Origin: Spirochaetota bacterium
GTDB lineage: Bacteria; Spirochaetota; UBA6919; CBDBPB01
Direction: 5' to 3'
NCBI GenBank assembly: GCA_965208615.1
Contig: CBDBPB010000008.1
Coordinates: 1-64,000, forward strand
Length of the DNA stretch: 64,000 nt
The translations under genes and the position numbers were made by a program. Positions 52,220 through 62,470 of the stretch are shown piece after piece; position 1 is the first letter of the stretch; every line of letters begins with the position of its first letter. The notes under the pieces were generated by a model. It was not told the origin of the DNA, did not search any database, and was given only the letters and a program-made list of their open reading frames with translations.

Positions 52220-53044
52220 TTGATTAATTGGTTAAAAAAAGTTGGTATACGAGATTTAACTTTACTAAAAGAAAAAAAGTTTTTATTAATTGCAGGACCC
52301 AATATTATTGAGACTCCTGAGCTAACTGAACAACTTGCTAAAAAGCTAGTGGAAATTACTGATAAACTTAAGGTTCCTTTTATTTTCAAAGCTTCTTATC
52401 CCAAAGCTGATCAATATAATGAGGGTCAAGAGCTAAGCTTTAAAACCGGACTTGCTATTCTAGACCATATTAGAAAAACATATAATATACCAATTATGTC
52501 TGACGTTCATTGTTTAGAAGAGGTAAAAAAGGCTAAAAGCGTACTGGACTTCATTGGAATACCTGGTCATATGTCTAGGCAAAGTAATTTCCTTATTGAG
52601 GCGGCTAGAACTAATAAAGTTATAAACATTAAAAAAGGACAATTTTTATCTCCAGAAGATATGAAGATTACAATTGAAAAGATTAGATCCACTGGAAACA
52701 CAAAATCCTTGATCACTGAAAGGGGAACTTTTTTCGGATACAATAAATTAGTTAATGATTTTTCTGGTATCCAAACAATGAAGCAGTATGCTCCGGTGAT
52801 ATACGATGCCAGTCATAGTACTTTATCAAAAAATAGGCATAGTGAAAAATATTTAATACCATACCTTGCAAGGGCGGCTGTTGCCGCAGGTGCAGTGGGT
52901 TTATACATAGATGTTCATACTGATTCTGATAAAAAAAGTTATAAAAATTCATTTCCTTTATCAAAGGTTGATTTAATATTAAAAGATTTATTAGAGATTC
53001 ATCATCTTGTTAACAGCCTCCACAAGTGGGATGAGGTATTATAA
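52220..53044 (+). CDS. KdsA (KDO8P synthase)-fold protein with degenerate A5P-binding motifs
   Basis: IAGPNIIE, FKAS, SDVH, NIKKGQFLSP, TERGTFFGYN, DASHS and LARAAVAAGA kept; KANRS, QIPAFL and SDG motifs replaced. Confidence 0.8.
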   Translation: MINWLKKVGIRDLTLLKEKKFLLIAGPNIIETPELTEQLAKKLVEITDKLKVPFIFKASYPKADQYNEGQELSFKTGLAILDHIRKTYNIPIMSDVHCLEEVKKAKSVLDFIGIPGHMSRQSNFLIEAARTNKVINIKKGQFLSPEDMKITIEKIRSTGNTKSLITERGTFFGYNKLVNDFSGIQTMKQYAPVIYDASHSTLSKNRHSEKYLIPYLARAAVAAGAVGLYIDVHTDSDKKSYKNSFPLSKVDLILKDLLEIHHLVNSLHKWDEVL

Positions 53045-53133
53045 GACCATTTTAAATAGGCTATAGTAGAGGAAAAAATATTAAAGTTTACTTTTATATA
53101 ATTTGTTATATATCATTATAGTAAGGGTATTTT

Positions 53134-54924
53134 ATGGCAAACGGAGAAAATAAGCCTATTGATAAACTTAATTCACTAAATGGTATTCCTATTTCTCCTG
53201 GTATAGTATATGGAAAGGTCTATGTTTTTAAGAATGAGTTGTGGATGCCTGAACTTAAAGAAATTGATACCACTTCTATTGATATAGAGATAAACAGGTT
53301 CCATAATGCTTTGAGTCAGTGCGAGAATGAGTTAACTCATTTAGTTACCAATCTTGAAAAGATAGGACATTCTGTTGCCTCTGATATATTATCCTCCCAG
53401 ATTATGATTTTAAACGATATAGAGTTTATAGAAAGTGTTAAAAAGGTTATTAAAACTGAGCAAATCAACCTTGAATCAAGCATACATAAGGTAATTACTG
53501 GGTATATTAGTGATTTAGTAAAGCTTGATAATGAGTTATTCGCTCAGAGGGCAACTGATATTAAAGATATTGGGCATCGTATACTAGAACAGTTAAGTAA
53601 GAATATATCTATTAAGGATGGTATTAATAGTGAAAAGGTTATTCTTGTTACCAATGAGATATTTCCTTCTTTTGTTTTCAGGTTTGGCGAGGAATATATA
53701 TTAGCTATTGTAACCCATCGTGGTGGAAAGACATCCCATGCGGCTATAATTGCACGTACCCTTGGGATACCTGCTTTAAGCGGTGTAGATATTGAAAAGC
53801 TATCCATAAATACTGGGGATAGTCTAATAGTTGATGGTATAGTAGGAAAGGTAACTAAAAACCCTTCTGAAGAGGGCATCAAAAAGTATAACAAGGCAAA
53901 AAGTTATTATAATAATATAGTTTCGTCTATTACAGAGGGTAAAGGGGCTATATCCGTAACTGAAGATGGAATACCAATAACCATAGGAGCTAATATAAAT
54001 AAACCTGATGATATTCCCATTGCATTAGAGAATGGTGCATGTATTATTGGTTTATTAAGAACAGAATATTTTTATATTACCAGTGAGACTCTACCTAGTG
54101 AGGATGATTTATTTAAGCATTATAGCAAATTAGTTAATTCATTAAAGGGCAAGGAACTTACAATAAGACTCCTGGATATTGGAGGGGATAAAAAGGTTAG
54201 TTATTTAGACTTGCCCGAAGAGTTAAATCCCTTTTTGGGATACAGATCCATACGTTATCTTATTGATCATAGAGAAATTATTATGCCTCAGCTAAAGGCT
54301 ATTTTGAGAGTGGGTTATAAGGGTAATGTTAGGATACTAATTCCGATGCTGGCTACCTTGGATGAGCTTAGAATTATAAAAAACTTTATTAATGAGGCTA
54401 TAAATGAGTTAGAGGCTCAAGGGCTAACCTATAGCTCTAATGTTCCCCTTGGTTCGCTGATAGAGGTGCCTAGTGCGGCTTTAAGCGTAAATAAAATATT
54501 AAAAGAGGTTGACTTTATTAATATAGGATCCAATGATTTACTGCAGTATTTTGTGGCGGCTGATCGTGGTAATGCTGAGGTATCAAATCTTTACAACTGG
54601 TTTAACCCTACTTTTTTATCCCTGATAGGCAGGGTAATATCTAGGGCTAATCGGGTAGGCAAGCTCGTTGGACTTTGTGGTGAGATGGGTGGAAGTCCTG
54701 GTTGTTTACCTATATTACTGGGCATGGGTCTACAGCGTATCAGTATGAACCCAGGATTAATACCTATAATAAAAAAGATGATTTCTACCACTTCATTTTT
54801 CCATTCTACTAAGGTGTTTGAGAGGGTTAAGCAGATGGATAGCTCTAATGAGGTAGCTTTGTATATTAGTAAGCTATTAAAAAAGAAATATCCCTATGCA
54901 CCACTATTTGATATTTATATTTAG
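53134..54924 (+). CDS. ptsI: PTS Enzyme I (phosphoenolpyruvate-protein phosphotransferase)
   Basis: GGKTSHAAI (phospho-His), GLLRTE, DIGGDK, NPFLGYR, GSNDL.QY, CGEMGG. Confidence 0.93.
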   Translation: MANGENKPIDKLNSLNGIPISPGIVYGKVYVFKNELWMPELKEIDTTSIDIEINRFHNALSQCENELTHLVTNLEKIGHSVASDILSSQIMILNDIEFIESVKKVIKTEQINLESSIHKVITGYISDLVKLDNELFAQRATDIKDIGHRILEQLSKNISIKDGINSEKVILVTNEIFPSFVFRFGEEYILAIVTHRGGKTSHAAIIARTLGIPALSGVDIEKLSINTGDSLIVDGIVGKVTKNPSEEGIKKYNKAKSYYNNIVSSITEGKGAISVTEDGIPITIGANINKPDDIPIALENGACIIGLLRTEYFYITSETLPSEDDLFKHYSKLVNSLKGKELTIRLLDIGGDKKVSYLDLPEELNPFLGYRSIRYLIDHREIIMPQLKAILRVGYKGNVRILIPMLATLDELRIIKNFINEAINELEAQGLTYSSNVPLGSLIEVPSAALSVNKILKEVDFINIGSNDLLQYFVAADRGNAEVSNLYNWFNPTFLSLIGRVISRANRVGKLVGLCGEMGGSPGCLPILLGMGLQRISMNPGLIPIIKKMISTTSFFHSTKVFERVKQMDSSNEVALYISKLLKKKYPYAPLFDIYI

Positions 54925-54998
54925 CTCTCAAACAGGCTATTCTATTATTTTTCCATTTGAAGCATGGTTTAACTTTGTGATAGGTTTTTAGTATTTTT

Positions 54999-55029
54999 AT
55001 TCAAAATGACAAAATTTATCATTTTGAAT
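54999..55029. promoter_or_regulatory. 31-bp palindrome in the ptsI-murA intergenic region
   Basis: ATTCAAAATGA-caaaattta-TCATTTTGAAT (11-bp perfect arms). Confidence 0.45.
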
Positions 55030-55261
55030 GATGAATTTAATATACTAAATTATCGGAATAAAGTAAAATAATATTTTTAATCTAGTATTAATACCTATAA
55101 AAAAATAGCTGTTGTAACGCTTTTTATTATATTTAGTAGAACATTATTAACATATATATTATATTAATAAAGGTTTTCTTTTTTTTCTTTAAGTAGTTTG
55201 ATTTATATGTTAATATAGGTGGTTATAGGTAGATAGGGATAATAAAAACGCCAATAATAAA

Positions 55262-55477
55262 TTGAAAAAAATAATGAATAAAAAAAAGTATACTATTTAT
55301 GTATTGGATAAAAATAATAGATTTTTTAAGGATTGTATTCACGAATACTTACAAACTGTTAAAAGCTTTGAGGATCACTTTACAGGTAGAGAATTAAGAA
55401 AAATTAAAAGTATAAAGAAAAGATATAATTCTAAAGCTAACAAAAAAAAGTTAAAACCTCATAAATATCACCTATAG
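55262..55477 (+). CDS. small basic hypothetical protein (uncertain)
   Basis: 71-aa Lys-rich ORF in an AT-rich gap; no motif. Confidence 0.3.
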   Translation: MKKIMNKKKYTIYVLDKNNRFFKDCIHEYLQTVKSFEDHFTGRELRKIKSIKKRYNSKANKKKLKPHKYHL

Positions 55478-55592
55478 CATAGATTTTTGTTTTTTTAAAT
55501 AAAGATTACTATTTTGTAGTTATCACTTTTTTATAATCTAACTATCTTTTTAGAAAATAAATCATAATTAATAGTAAAGTTAAGGAGGTATT

Positions 55593-56876
55593 TTGTCAAA
55601 GTTTATTGTTGAAGGTGGATATTCCTTATCCGGCGAGATTAGTCCCCAAGGCAATAAGAATGAAGCTTTACCTATTTTATCCGCTGTTCTTATAAGCAAA
55701 AAAGAAATTATATTGAATAATTTGCCTATTATAATAGATGTCTTAAACATGATAGAAATTCTAAAGAGTATTGGTGTAGAAATTAAAAAAATGGGACCTA
55801 ATAAATACTCTTTCAAGGCGGAAAACGTTTCTGAGCTTAATATAGATATTTCTTTAGCAAAGTCATTAAGGGGATCTTTTACTCTAATTGCACCTCTTTT
55901 AACTAGATGCAAGTCTATTAAATTCCCAAAACCTGGGGGAGACCGTATAGGAAGACGTAGAATAGATACGCATTTATTAGCTTTAGAGGCTCTTGGTGCA
56001 AAAATAGACAGTATTGATGATGGATTTTTAATAAGTTTATCCGATAGATTTAAGGCCGCAGATATACTCCTGGATGAGGCTTCAGTAACGGCAACTGAAA
56101 ATGCTGTTATGGCGGCTTCTTTGGCAAGGGGTACTACGGTTATTCGTAATGCCGCAAGTGAGCCTCATGTTCAGCAGTTATGCCGCTTTATTAACTCTTT
56201 GGGAGGTAAGATTAGCGGTATAGGAAGTAATATTCTTACAATTTGCGGCGTTGACAGCCTGGATGGTGGTAGTCATCGTATATCGGCTGATTATTTAGAA
56301 GTGGGTAGTTTTATAGGTTTAGCCGCTGTTACCAATAGTGAGATTACTATTAGGGATGCGGGATTAGAATATTTAAGGATGATATTAAGTGTATTTGAGC
56401 GTCTTGGTATTTGCGTCATAAAGCAGGGGGATAATATTATTGTTCCTAAGAACCAGTCTCTAAATATTGTATCTGAGTATGACGGTGCTATTACCAAGAT
56501 TGATGATATGCCGTGGCCTGGTTTTCCTGCAGATTTAACCAGTATTGCTTTAGTTGTAGCTACTCAATGTCATGGTACAGTTCTCATATTCGAGAAGATG
56601 TTCGAAAGTAGGCTGTTTTTTGTGGATAAGCTAATTAATATGGGAGCAAAAATTGTATTATGTGATCCCCATAGAGCTGTTGTAATAGGCCCTTCAAGGC
56701 TTTTAAGGAGTGAATTAGTAAGTCCTGATATAAGGGCTGGAGTAGCTTTACTTATTGCCGCTATGTGTGCAAAGGGTAAGAGTATAATTCATAATATTGT
56801 CCAGATTGACAGAGGATATGAAAAAATAGACGCTAGACTACGATCATTAGGCGCTAAAATTGATAGAGTAGAATAG
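55593..56876 (+). CDS. murA: UDP-N-acetylglucosamine 1-carboxyvinyltransferase, Asp-type
   Basis: [55 protein letters not shown]; SD AAGGAGG. Confidence 0.95.
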   Translation: MSKFIVEGGYSLSGEISPQGNKNEALPILSAVLISKKEIILNNLPIIIDVLNMIEILKSIGVEIKKMGPNKYSFKAENVSELNIDISLAKSLRGSFTLIAPLLTRCKSIKFPKPGGDRIGRRRIDTHLLALEALGAKIDSIDDGFLISLSDRFKAADILLDEASVTATENAVMAASLARGTTVIRNAASEPHVQQLCRFINSLGGKISGIGSNILTICGVDSLDGGSHRISADYLEVGSFIGLAAVTNSEITIRDAGLEYLRMILSVFERLGICVIKQGDNIIVPKNQSLNIVSEYDGAITKIDDMPWPGFPADLTSIALVVATQCHGTVLIFEKMFESRLFFVDKLINMGAKIVLCDPHRAVVIGPSRLLRSELVSPDIRAGVALLIAAMCAKGKSIIHNIVQIDRGYEKIDARLRSLGAKIDRVE

Positions 56877-58241
56877 TTATATCTCTTTTAGTAGCTTTGA
56901 TAATTCTTTAATCCCCATCATGCTGACAGAACGGTTTTCTGCAAACTCAATAGCTTGCTTAGTATACCCTGTGGCAGATATACACAAACCTCGTTGAACA
57001 CCGCTTTCTGCTTTTATTTTATCAACCATATCTCTTATAATTTTCTCTCCCAGTGGATCACTGTTTCTATAAACTCTCACCAAAATCTTTTGCACCCTTA
57101 TATCTTTACCTCCAAATCTTTCATCTGCAATTAACTCTATGGATGTACCTCGTATATAGTTAGTTGTTGCTACTTCAATATTTAGTTTTTGTAGTATTTC
57201 TATTACTTTTTGTTCAAACACCTTATTAGAGGCAATAAAAAAGTCTTTTAATTTATCATCCATTCGCAGTTCTGAATAGTTACTAAGCTTTTCCTTAACG
57301 TTACGGAAATTAGGTTTAACGGATATAATTTTTTCCCATTGCTCAATGGCATCAGTAATATCTTTTTTCATCTCATGGCAGTTAGCAAGCTGATACCGTA
57401 TATTTAGGCTAAGGGTACCTTCTTCATCGACATAAGTAAGGGCTTTTTCGAACTCAGCCTGTGCATGGTTTATATCATTTAAGTTTGCATATACAAGTCC
57501 CCTATGGTATAGGGAATTAAGTTTAAGTTCACGATCTCGAATACTAAAGTCGAAGTTTTTAAGTGCCGCTTGATAATTTCTCGATAGAAAATTAATCATC
57601 CCAATGTAATAATAGGCCTTAATATATTTTTTATCAATAGAAATACATTTTCCTAAGCTGTTTAATGCTTCACTAAAAAGTTTTAGCTTAAAGCTAACAA
57701 ATCCCATATAGTAAAGTGAATTAACATGATTGGGATTAATAGTTAATGCTTTTTGTAGATAGGGCTTTGCTTTATCTATATGATCACGTTCAATAAAGAT
57801 TTTACCCATTTCGTAGTAGTTTTCATAATTATCTGGATCTAGCTTAGTAACCATGGCAAACTCTTTTTGAGCTTCTTCTAACTGTTTGTAGTGTAAATAT
57901 ATATTTGCTATTTTACGTCTTACTGTTGCCTCATCGAACTCTTTTTCGTATTCATGTAGTCGTAAAACTTTTTTATATTCTGGCAGAGCCCATTCATAGT
58001 TATCAGCCATATAATAGCATTCACCCAAAAGATAGTGACACTCAGAATTAACATCATTTTTGGATATGATGGATTTTAAAATATTAATTGCCTTATTAAA
58101 GTCATTAACCTTCATAAAGCGTTTAGCCGTTTCTATCTTAGATTTTGATGATGACACCTTTAATATATATGTAATTAATCCTCCGATAGCGGCGAGTCCA
58201 AAAATGATAAGAACAACTACCAATTCTATACTTAAGTTCAT
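56877..58241 (-). CDS. membrane-anchored TPR protein with C-terminal Mrr-like restriction-endonuclease fold
   Basis: N-terminal TM, about 8 TPRs, C-terminal FE.....L...IELIA...LGEKIIRD...RGLCISATGYTKQAIEFA. Confidence 0.72.
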   Translation of the reverse strand: MNLSIELVVVLIIFGLAAIGGLITYILKVSSSKSKIETAKRFMKVNDFNKAINILKSIISKNDVNSECHYLLGECYYMADNYEWALPEYKKVLRLHEYEKEFDEATVRRKIANIYLHYKQLEEAQKEFAMVTKLDPDNYENYYEMGKIFIERDHIDKAKPYLQKALTINPNHVNSLYYMGFVSFKLKLFSEALNSLGKCISIDKKYIKAYYYIGMINFLSRNYQAALKNFDFSIRDRELKLNSLYHRGLVYANLNDINHAQAEFEKALTYVDEEGTLSLNIRYQLANCHEMKKDITDAIEQWEKIISVKPNFRNVKEKLSNYSELRMDDKLKDFFIASNKVFEQKVIEILQKLNIEVATTNYIRGTSIELIADERFGGKDIRVQKILVRVYRNSDPLGEKIIRDMVDKIKAESGVQRGLCISATGYTKQAIEFAENRSVSMMGIKELSKLLKEI

Positions 58242-58254
58242 AATTTCCTCTAAG

Positions 58255-59139
58255 TTAAAAATTATTTATATGTTTAAGCTTCATATAACCGTCATAAGCT
58301 TTATAAGAGCTCCTTACAAAAGGAGACGCATATACTATTGCAATACCACACTCAAAAGCAAGCTCTTTATAGCGTTTAAATTCTTCTTCTGATATATACC
58401 TTTTAACTGGCATATTCTTTTTGCTTGGCTGTAAATATTGTCCCATAGTGAGGATATCACAGTTAGCTTGTTTTATATCCCTAAATAGGCTTATTAGTTC
58501 ATTTTCTGACTCGCCCAAACCAAGTATTATTCCAGTTTTAACTATCATATTAGGATTAGTATTTTTAACAAACTCCAAAAGTGATAGTGAACGAGAATAA
58601 GATCCTTTATTACGTATTAGCGGAGTTAGTCTTTTAACGGTTTCGAGGTTATGATTATAGACATTTGGTTTTCCATTTATTACCCTAATTATAGACTCTT
58701 TCCTACCCTGGAAATCAGGAGTAAGAACTTCAACTTTAACGCTCTTATTCACATTTTTTATTGTTCTAATAGTTTTTTCAAAATGCTCAGAGCCTCCATC
58801 CATTAGGTCATCCCTTGTTACAGAGGTAATAACAACGTACTTCAGCTTTAGAAGGCTAATTATATTGGCAATCCTTTTTGGTTCTTCGTTATCCAGTATT
58901 TTATTGTTATTAATTTTGGTTTGCACCGAACAAAACTTACAACTTCTGGTACAGCTATCGCCAAGGATTAGGAATGTTGCTGTTTTATCGTTATAGCACT
59001 CACTCTTATTAGGACATCTTGCCTCCTGACAAACTGTATTAACTTTATACTTTTTCAATAGGCTTTGCATTTCATTATTTTTAGCTGAATAAAATATCTT
59101 CTTTTTTAGCGAGTAGGGATTTGTATTAGAAATATTCAT
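58255..59139 (-). CDS. lipA: lipoyl synthase
   Basis: TVCQEARCPNKSEC, CTRSCKFC, TSVTRDDL, HNLETV, GQYLQPS, VRSSY. Confidence 0.95.
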   Translation of the reverse strand: MNISNTNPYSLKKKIFYSAKNNEMQSLLKKYKVNTVCQEARCPNKSECYNDKTATFLILGDSCTRSCKFCSVQTKINNNKILDNEEPKRIANIISLLKLKYVVITSVTRDDLMDGGSEHFEKTIRTIKNVNKSVKVEVLTPDFQGRKESIIRVINGKPNVYNHNLETVKRLTPLIRNKGSYSRSLSLLEFVKNTNPNMIVKTGIILGLGESENELISLFRDIKQANCDILTMGQYLQPSKKNMPVKRYISEEEFKRYKELAFECGIAIVYASPFVRSSYKAYDGYMKLKHINNF

Positions 59140-59184
59140 TACTTTCCTTCTATAGGCACCTTAAAAATGATATATCCTTTAAAA

Positions 59185-59213
59185 AGTATAAGTAGTATTT
59201 TTCTTTCAGTCAA
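59185..59213 (-). promoter_or_regulatory. sigma70-type promoter for lipA
   Basis: Minus strand TTGACT-17 nt-TATACT. Confidence 0.55.
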
Positions 59214-59291
59214 TGCAAGATTAATTTTAGTATATTGTACTCCTTAATATTTATAATCCAAGATTACTAAAAGATATTTAATTTTTTTAAG

Positions 59292-59320
59292 TTGACTTAC
59301 CTTAATAAACACTTTACTCT
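59292..59320 (+). promoter_or_regulatory. sigma70-type promoter for hisD-speE
   Basis: TTGACT-17 nt-TACTCT. Confidence 0.5.
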
Positions 59321-59392
59321 TTGTTAACAATATAGATTTGACAAACTAATGTAGTATTGTTATTTTATACGCAATTTATTTATGGATATGTT

Positions 59393-60673
59393 ATGTTAAA
59401 AATTATAAAGAGCAGTCAATATTTATCTAAGCTAAAAAGCCGTAATCTTAATAGCTATCTAGAAAAGCAAGACGAGGTTAAGCAAATTATTAACAAGGTT
59501 ATAAATGAGGGGGATAGTGCTCTTATTAACTACGCTAAGGATTTTGACTCTATTGATGTTAATAATTTTAGTCTTGAGGTATCCAAAACGGAAATTGACA
59601 ACGGATTAGTATTATTAAATCCAAATATAAAAAGTATAATAACTGAGGCTTATGAAAATATTAAAAACTATCACCAAAAACAAAAAGAATCCTCTTATTA
59701 CTTTAATGATAACGGTGCTTTTTTAGGACAAGTAATAAATCCCATAGAAAAAATAGCCGCCTATGTACCAGGAGGATTTGGTATATATCCGTCAACCGTA
59801 CTCATGAACTGTATACCCGCAAAAATAGCAGGAGTACCAGAAATATATATTGCAACTCCCCCAAATGAAAATGGTTTAGTTGATCCGTCAATAATATTCT
59901 CTGCTAAACTCTGTAATGTAAAAAGTATATTCAAAGTAGGCGGTGCAGGAGCAATAGCCGCTTTTGCCTACGGAACAAAAACTATACCAAAAGTATACAA
60001 AATTGTCGGGCCTGGTAATCTATATGTAACTACTGCTAAAAAAATGGTATATGGTGATGTAGACATAGACATGATAGCAGGACCATCGGAGATAATGGTA
60101 CTAGCTGATAACTCTACAAATATAGACTATATAACCTATGATTTATTTTCTCAAAGTGAACACTCTATTGATGCGTCCTCTATTGTTTTGGTATCCGATA
60201 GGGATTTTGCAAATAACCTTATAAATAACATAAATGATAAAATAGAATACTCAAAACGTAAAGATATACTAAAGCAGTCCTTATCAAAAAATGGGCTTAT
60301 AGTTATTTATAACTCCTTGGATGAGGCTTATAATATTATCAATGAGTATGCGCCTGAACACCTTGAAGTACTTACAAATATAGACTTTATTACTATAACC
60401 AATAAAATAAAAAATGTTGGATCAATATTCTTAGGTGAATATACTCCAGAACCAGTGGGGGACTACTTTGCAGGTACTAATCACAGCCTTCCAACCGGGG
60501 GGACTGCTAAGTTTTCTTCTCCTTTGGGTGTATACGACTTCCAAAAAAAAACCAGTATTATAAAGTATAGCAAAGATAGACTCAAAAAAGATCAGCAAAA
60601 AATAATCGATATAGCTGAATATGAAAAGTTCTTTGAGCATGCAAATAGTATTAGAATAAGAAAAATAAACTGA
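59393..60673 (+). CDS. hisD: histidinol dehydrogenase
   Basis: [51 protein letters not shown]. Confidence 0.95.
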   Translation: MLKIIKSSQYLSKLKSRNLNSYLEKQDEVKQIINKVINEGDSALINYAKDFDSIDVNNFSLEVSKTEIDNGLVLLNPNIKSIITEAYENIKNYHQKQKESSYYFNDNGAFLGQVINPIEKIAAYVPGGFGIYPSTVLMNCIPAKIAGVPEIYIATPPNENGLVDPSIIFSAKLCNVKSIFKVGGAGAIAAFAYGTKTIPKVYKIVGPGNLYVTTAKKMVYGDVDIDMIAGPSEIMVLADNSTNIDYITYDLFSQSEHSIDASSIVLVSDRDFANNLINNINDKIEYSKRKDILKQSLSKNGLIVIYNSLDEAYNIINEYAPEHLEVLTNIDFITITNKIKNVGSIFLGEYTPEPVGDYFAGTNHSLPTGGTAKFSSPLGVYDFQKKTSIIKYSKDRLKKDQQKIIDIAEYEKFFEHANSIRIRKIN

Positions 60674-60680
60674 GGCTATA

Positions 60681-61547
60681 ATGAGCAATATAATGGATGG
60701 ATTATTTATATTCGAAAGAGAAAAACAACATGGCTTATTTTATAAAGTTAAAAAACTCTTATACAACAAAAAAAGTAACTATCAGGATATAAAAATATTT
60801 GATACCTATGACATCGGTAGAGTCTTAATGCTGGATAATGTATTAAATATAACTACAGAAACTGAACACTTTTATCACGAGCCAATGGCACATATACCCA
60901 TTGCTATGGTTGATAAACCTGAAAATATCCTGATAATAGGCGGGGGAGACTTTGGACTTGCTAAAGAAGTTCTTAAACATAAATGCATTAAAAGCCTGAC
61001 TATGTGTGAGTTAGATAAAGATGTTATAAATGTATCCAGAAAATATTTTTCAGAGTGGTCTAAGATTTGTGATAAGGATAATCGGTTTAAATTGGTAATA
61101 GGAAATGGCTTTGATTACCTTAACTCTCTGAAGAATAATGAGTTTGACGTTATGATAATTGATTCTACTGATCCATACCTATCTGCGGCAGTTTTGGCAT
61201 CAGAAAAGTTTTATAAACTGGCTTACAAAGCCTTAAAACTAAATGGAGTATTAATACAAATTATAGCAGATGCCGTTTTTTATAAAGAAGGATGGAAAAT
61301 ATCACTGCCCAATGCCAAAAAAATATTTGACGTATATACTCCAATATTTATGCCAATACCTTTTTATTCCACTGTATCCACCTGGGGACTACTGTTATTA
61401 GGTAAAGGAAAAAAACCTCTATTACCATCCAACATATCGGATGAGTTTTTATTATCTATACCCGATATAAAAACTATGACACCAGATGTAGTAAAAGGCT
61501 GGTTTTCGCTTCCACCGTATATTAAAACCTTTTTAAATAGTATTTAA
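60681..61547 (+). CDS. speE: spermidine synthase/aminopropyltransferase family
   Basis: SNYQDI, GRVLMLD, YHEPMAH, LIIGGGD.G, CELD..V, IIDSTDP. Confidence 0.85.
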   Translation: MSNIMDGLFIFEREKQHGLFYKVKKLLYNKKSNYQDIKIFDTYDIGRVLMLDNVLNITTETEHFYHEPMAHIPIAMVDKPENILIIGGGDFGLAKEVLKHKCIKSLTMCELDKDVINVSRKYFSEWSKICDKDNRFKLVIGNGFDYLNSLKNNEFDVMIIDSTDPYLSAAVLASEKFYKLAYKALKLNGVLIQIIADAVFYKEGWKISLPNAKKIFDVYTPIFMPIPFYSTVSTWGLLLLGKGKKPLLPSNISDEFLLSIPDIKTMTPDVVKGWFSLPPYIKTFLNSI

Positions 61548-61732
61548 CCGCTATATCTAAAAATCACCCGTTAACGTATTATAACAAAAATAATGTTTTT
61601 ACTTAATTAAAAAAAATATTCTGTATGTAAACCGAATATTATATACCATTTAACTAATTACTTGACTCTATAAAAACTTATTATTATTTTATTGACCTAA
61701 GATTAAAAAAGATATACTCCAAGGGGACAAAG

Positions 61733-61885
61733 ATGAAGCGTACATATCAGCCCAGTAGAATAAAAAGAAATCGTAAATTCGGCTTTAGAAAAAGACAAAA
61801 AACTAAAAATGGAAGACTCGTCTTAAAAAGAAGAAGACAAAAAAGAAGACATAAATTAACTGTATCTGATGAAAGGTCTATATAA
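61733..61885 (+). CDS. rpmH: 50S ribosomal protein L34 (not in the ORF track)
   Basis: Translates [50 protein letters not shown]; SD AGGGG. Confidence 0.95.
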   Translation: MKRTYQPSRIKRNRKFGFRKRQKTKNGRLVLKRRRQKRRHKLTVSDERSI

Positions 61886-61902
61886 AATATAATAATTAAT
61901 AG

Positions 61903-62237
61903 ATAAAGATTAACTTTAAAAAATTGGAAAGCTTAAATCAAAAAGAAATTAAACAACTATTTTTAAAAGGAAAAAGGGTAAAAAGAGGTGATTACTTGTG
62001 TATTTATAAACCTAATCACTTATCTTATCCAAAGTTTGGGATATCTTTAAAAAAAAAATGGGCAACGCTGTAATACGAAATTATGAGAAACGAGTGATTA
62101 GAGAAATTATATATAATGCTAAACTATTAATTCCTAATATGAATATAATGTTAATTAAAATAGCCCAAATATCAAATACCTTTACTAAAAAGAAAAAAGA
62201 TATCCATAGTCTATTTAACCTAATTAGTAAAGAATAA
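61903..62237 (+). CDS. rnpA: ribonuclease P protein component; one base missing in A10 tract at 62049-62058; start codon uncertain
   Basis: [21 protein letters not shown]...[10 protein letters not shown] | [16 protein letters not shown]...LFNLISKE*; lies between rpmH and yidD. Confidence 0.82.
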
Positions 62238-62239
62238 TA

Positions 62240-62449
62240 ATGAAATGGGTTATAGTTAAATTAATAAGGTTTTATCAATTAGTAATATCTCCCCTTTTTT
62301 ATCCTTCCTGTAGATTTTATCCAACTTGTTCTGAGTATAGCAGGCAGGCTTTTCTTAAGTATCCATTTTTTAAAGCATTATATCTTTCTCTATCAAGACT
62401 TTTAAAATGTCAACCATTTCATCCAGGTGGATACGACCCATTAAAGTAA
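62240..62449 (+). CDS. yidD: membrane protein insertion efficiency factor YidD
   Basis: YQ..ISP....[10 protein letters not shown]...[15 protein letters not shown]. Confidence 0.93.
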   Translation: MKWVIVKLIRFYQLVISPLFYPSCRFYPTCSEYSRQAFLKYPFFKALYLSLSRLLKCQPFHPGGYDPLK

Positions 62450-62470
62450 TTAATATATATAGGAGGATTT

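Noticed and set aside
56621-56629. Perfect DnaA box TGTGGATAA (and a single TTTTCCACA at 37950-37958)
   Set aside because: Isolated single boxes, one inside murA; no cluster.
56877-58241. Anti-phage restriction system
   Set aside because: Catalytic residues look degenerate, the context is housekeeping, and no methylase or other defence genes are nearby.
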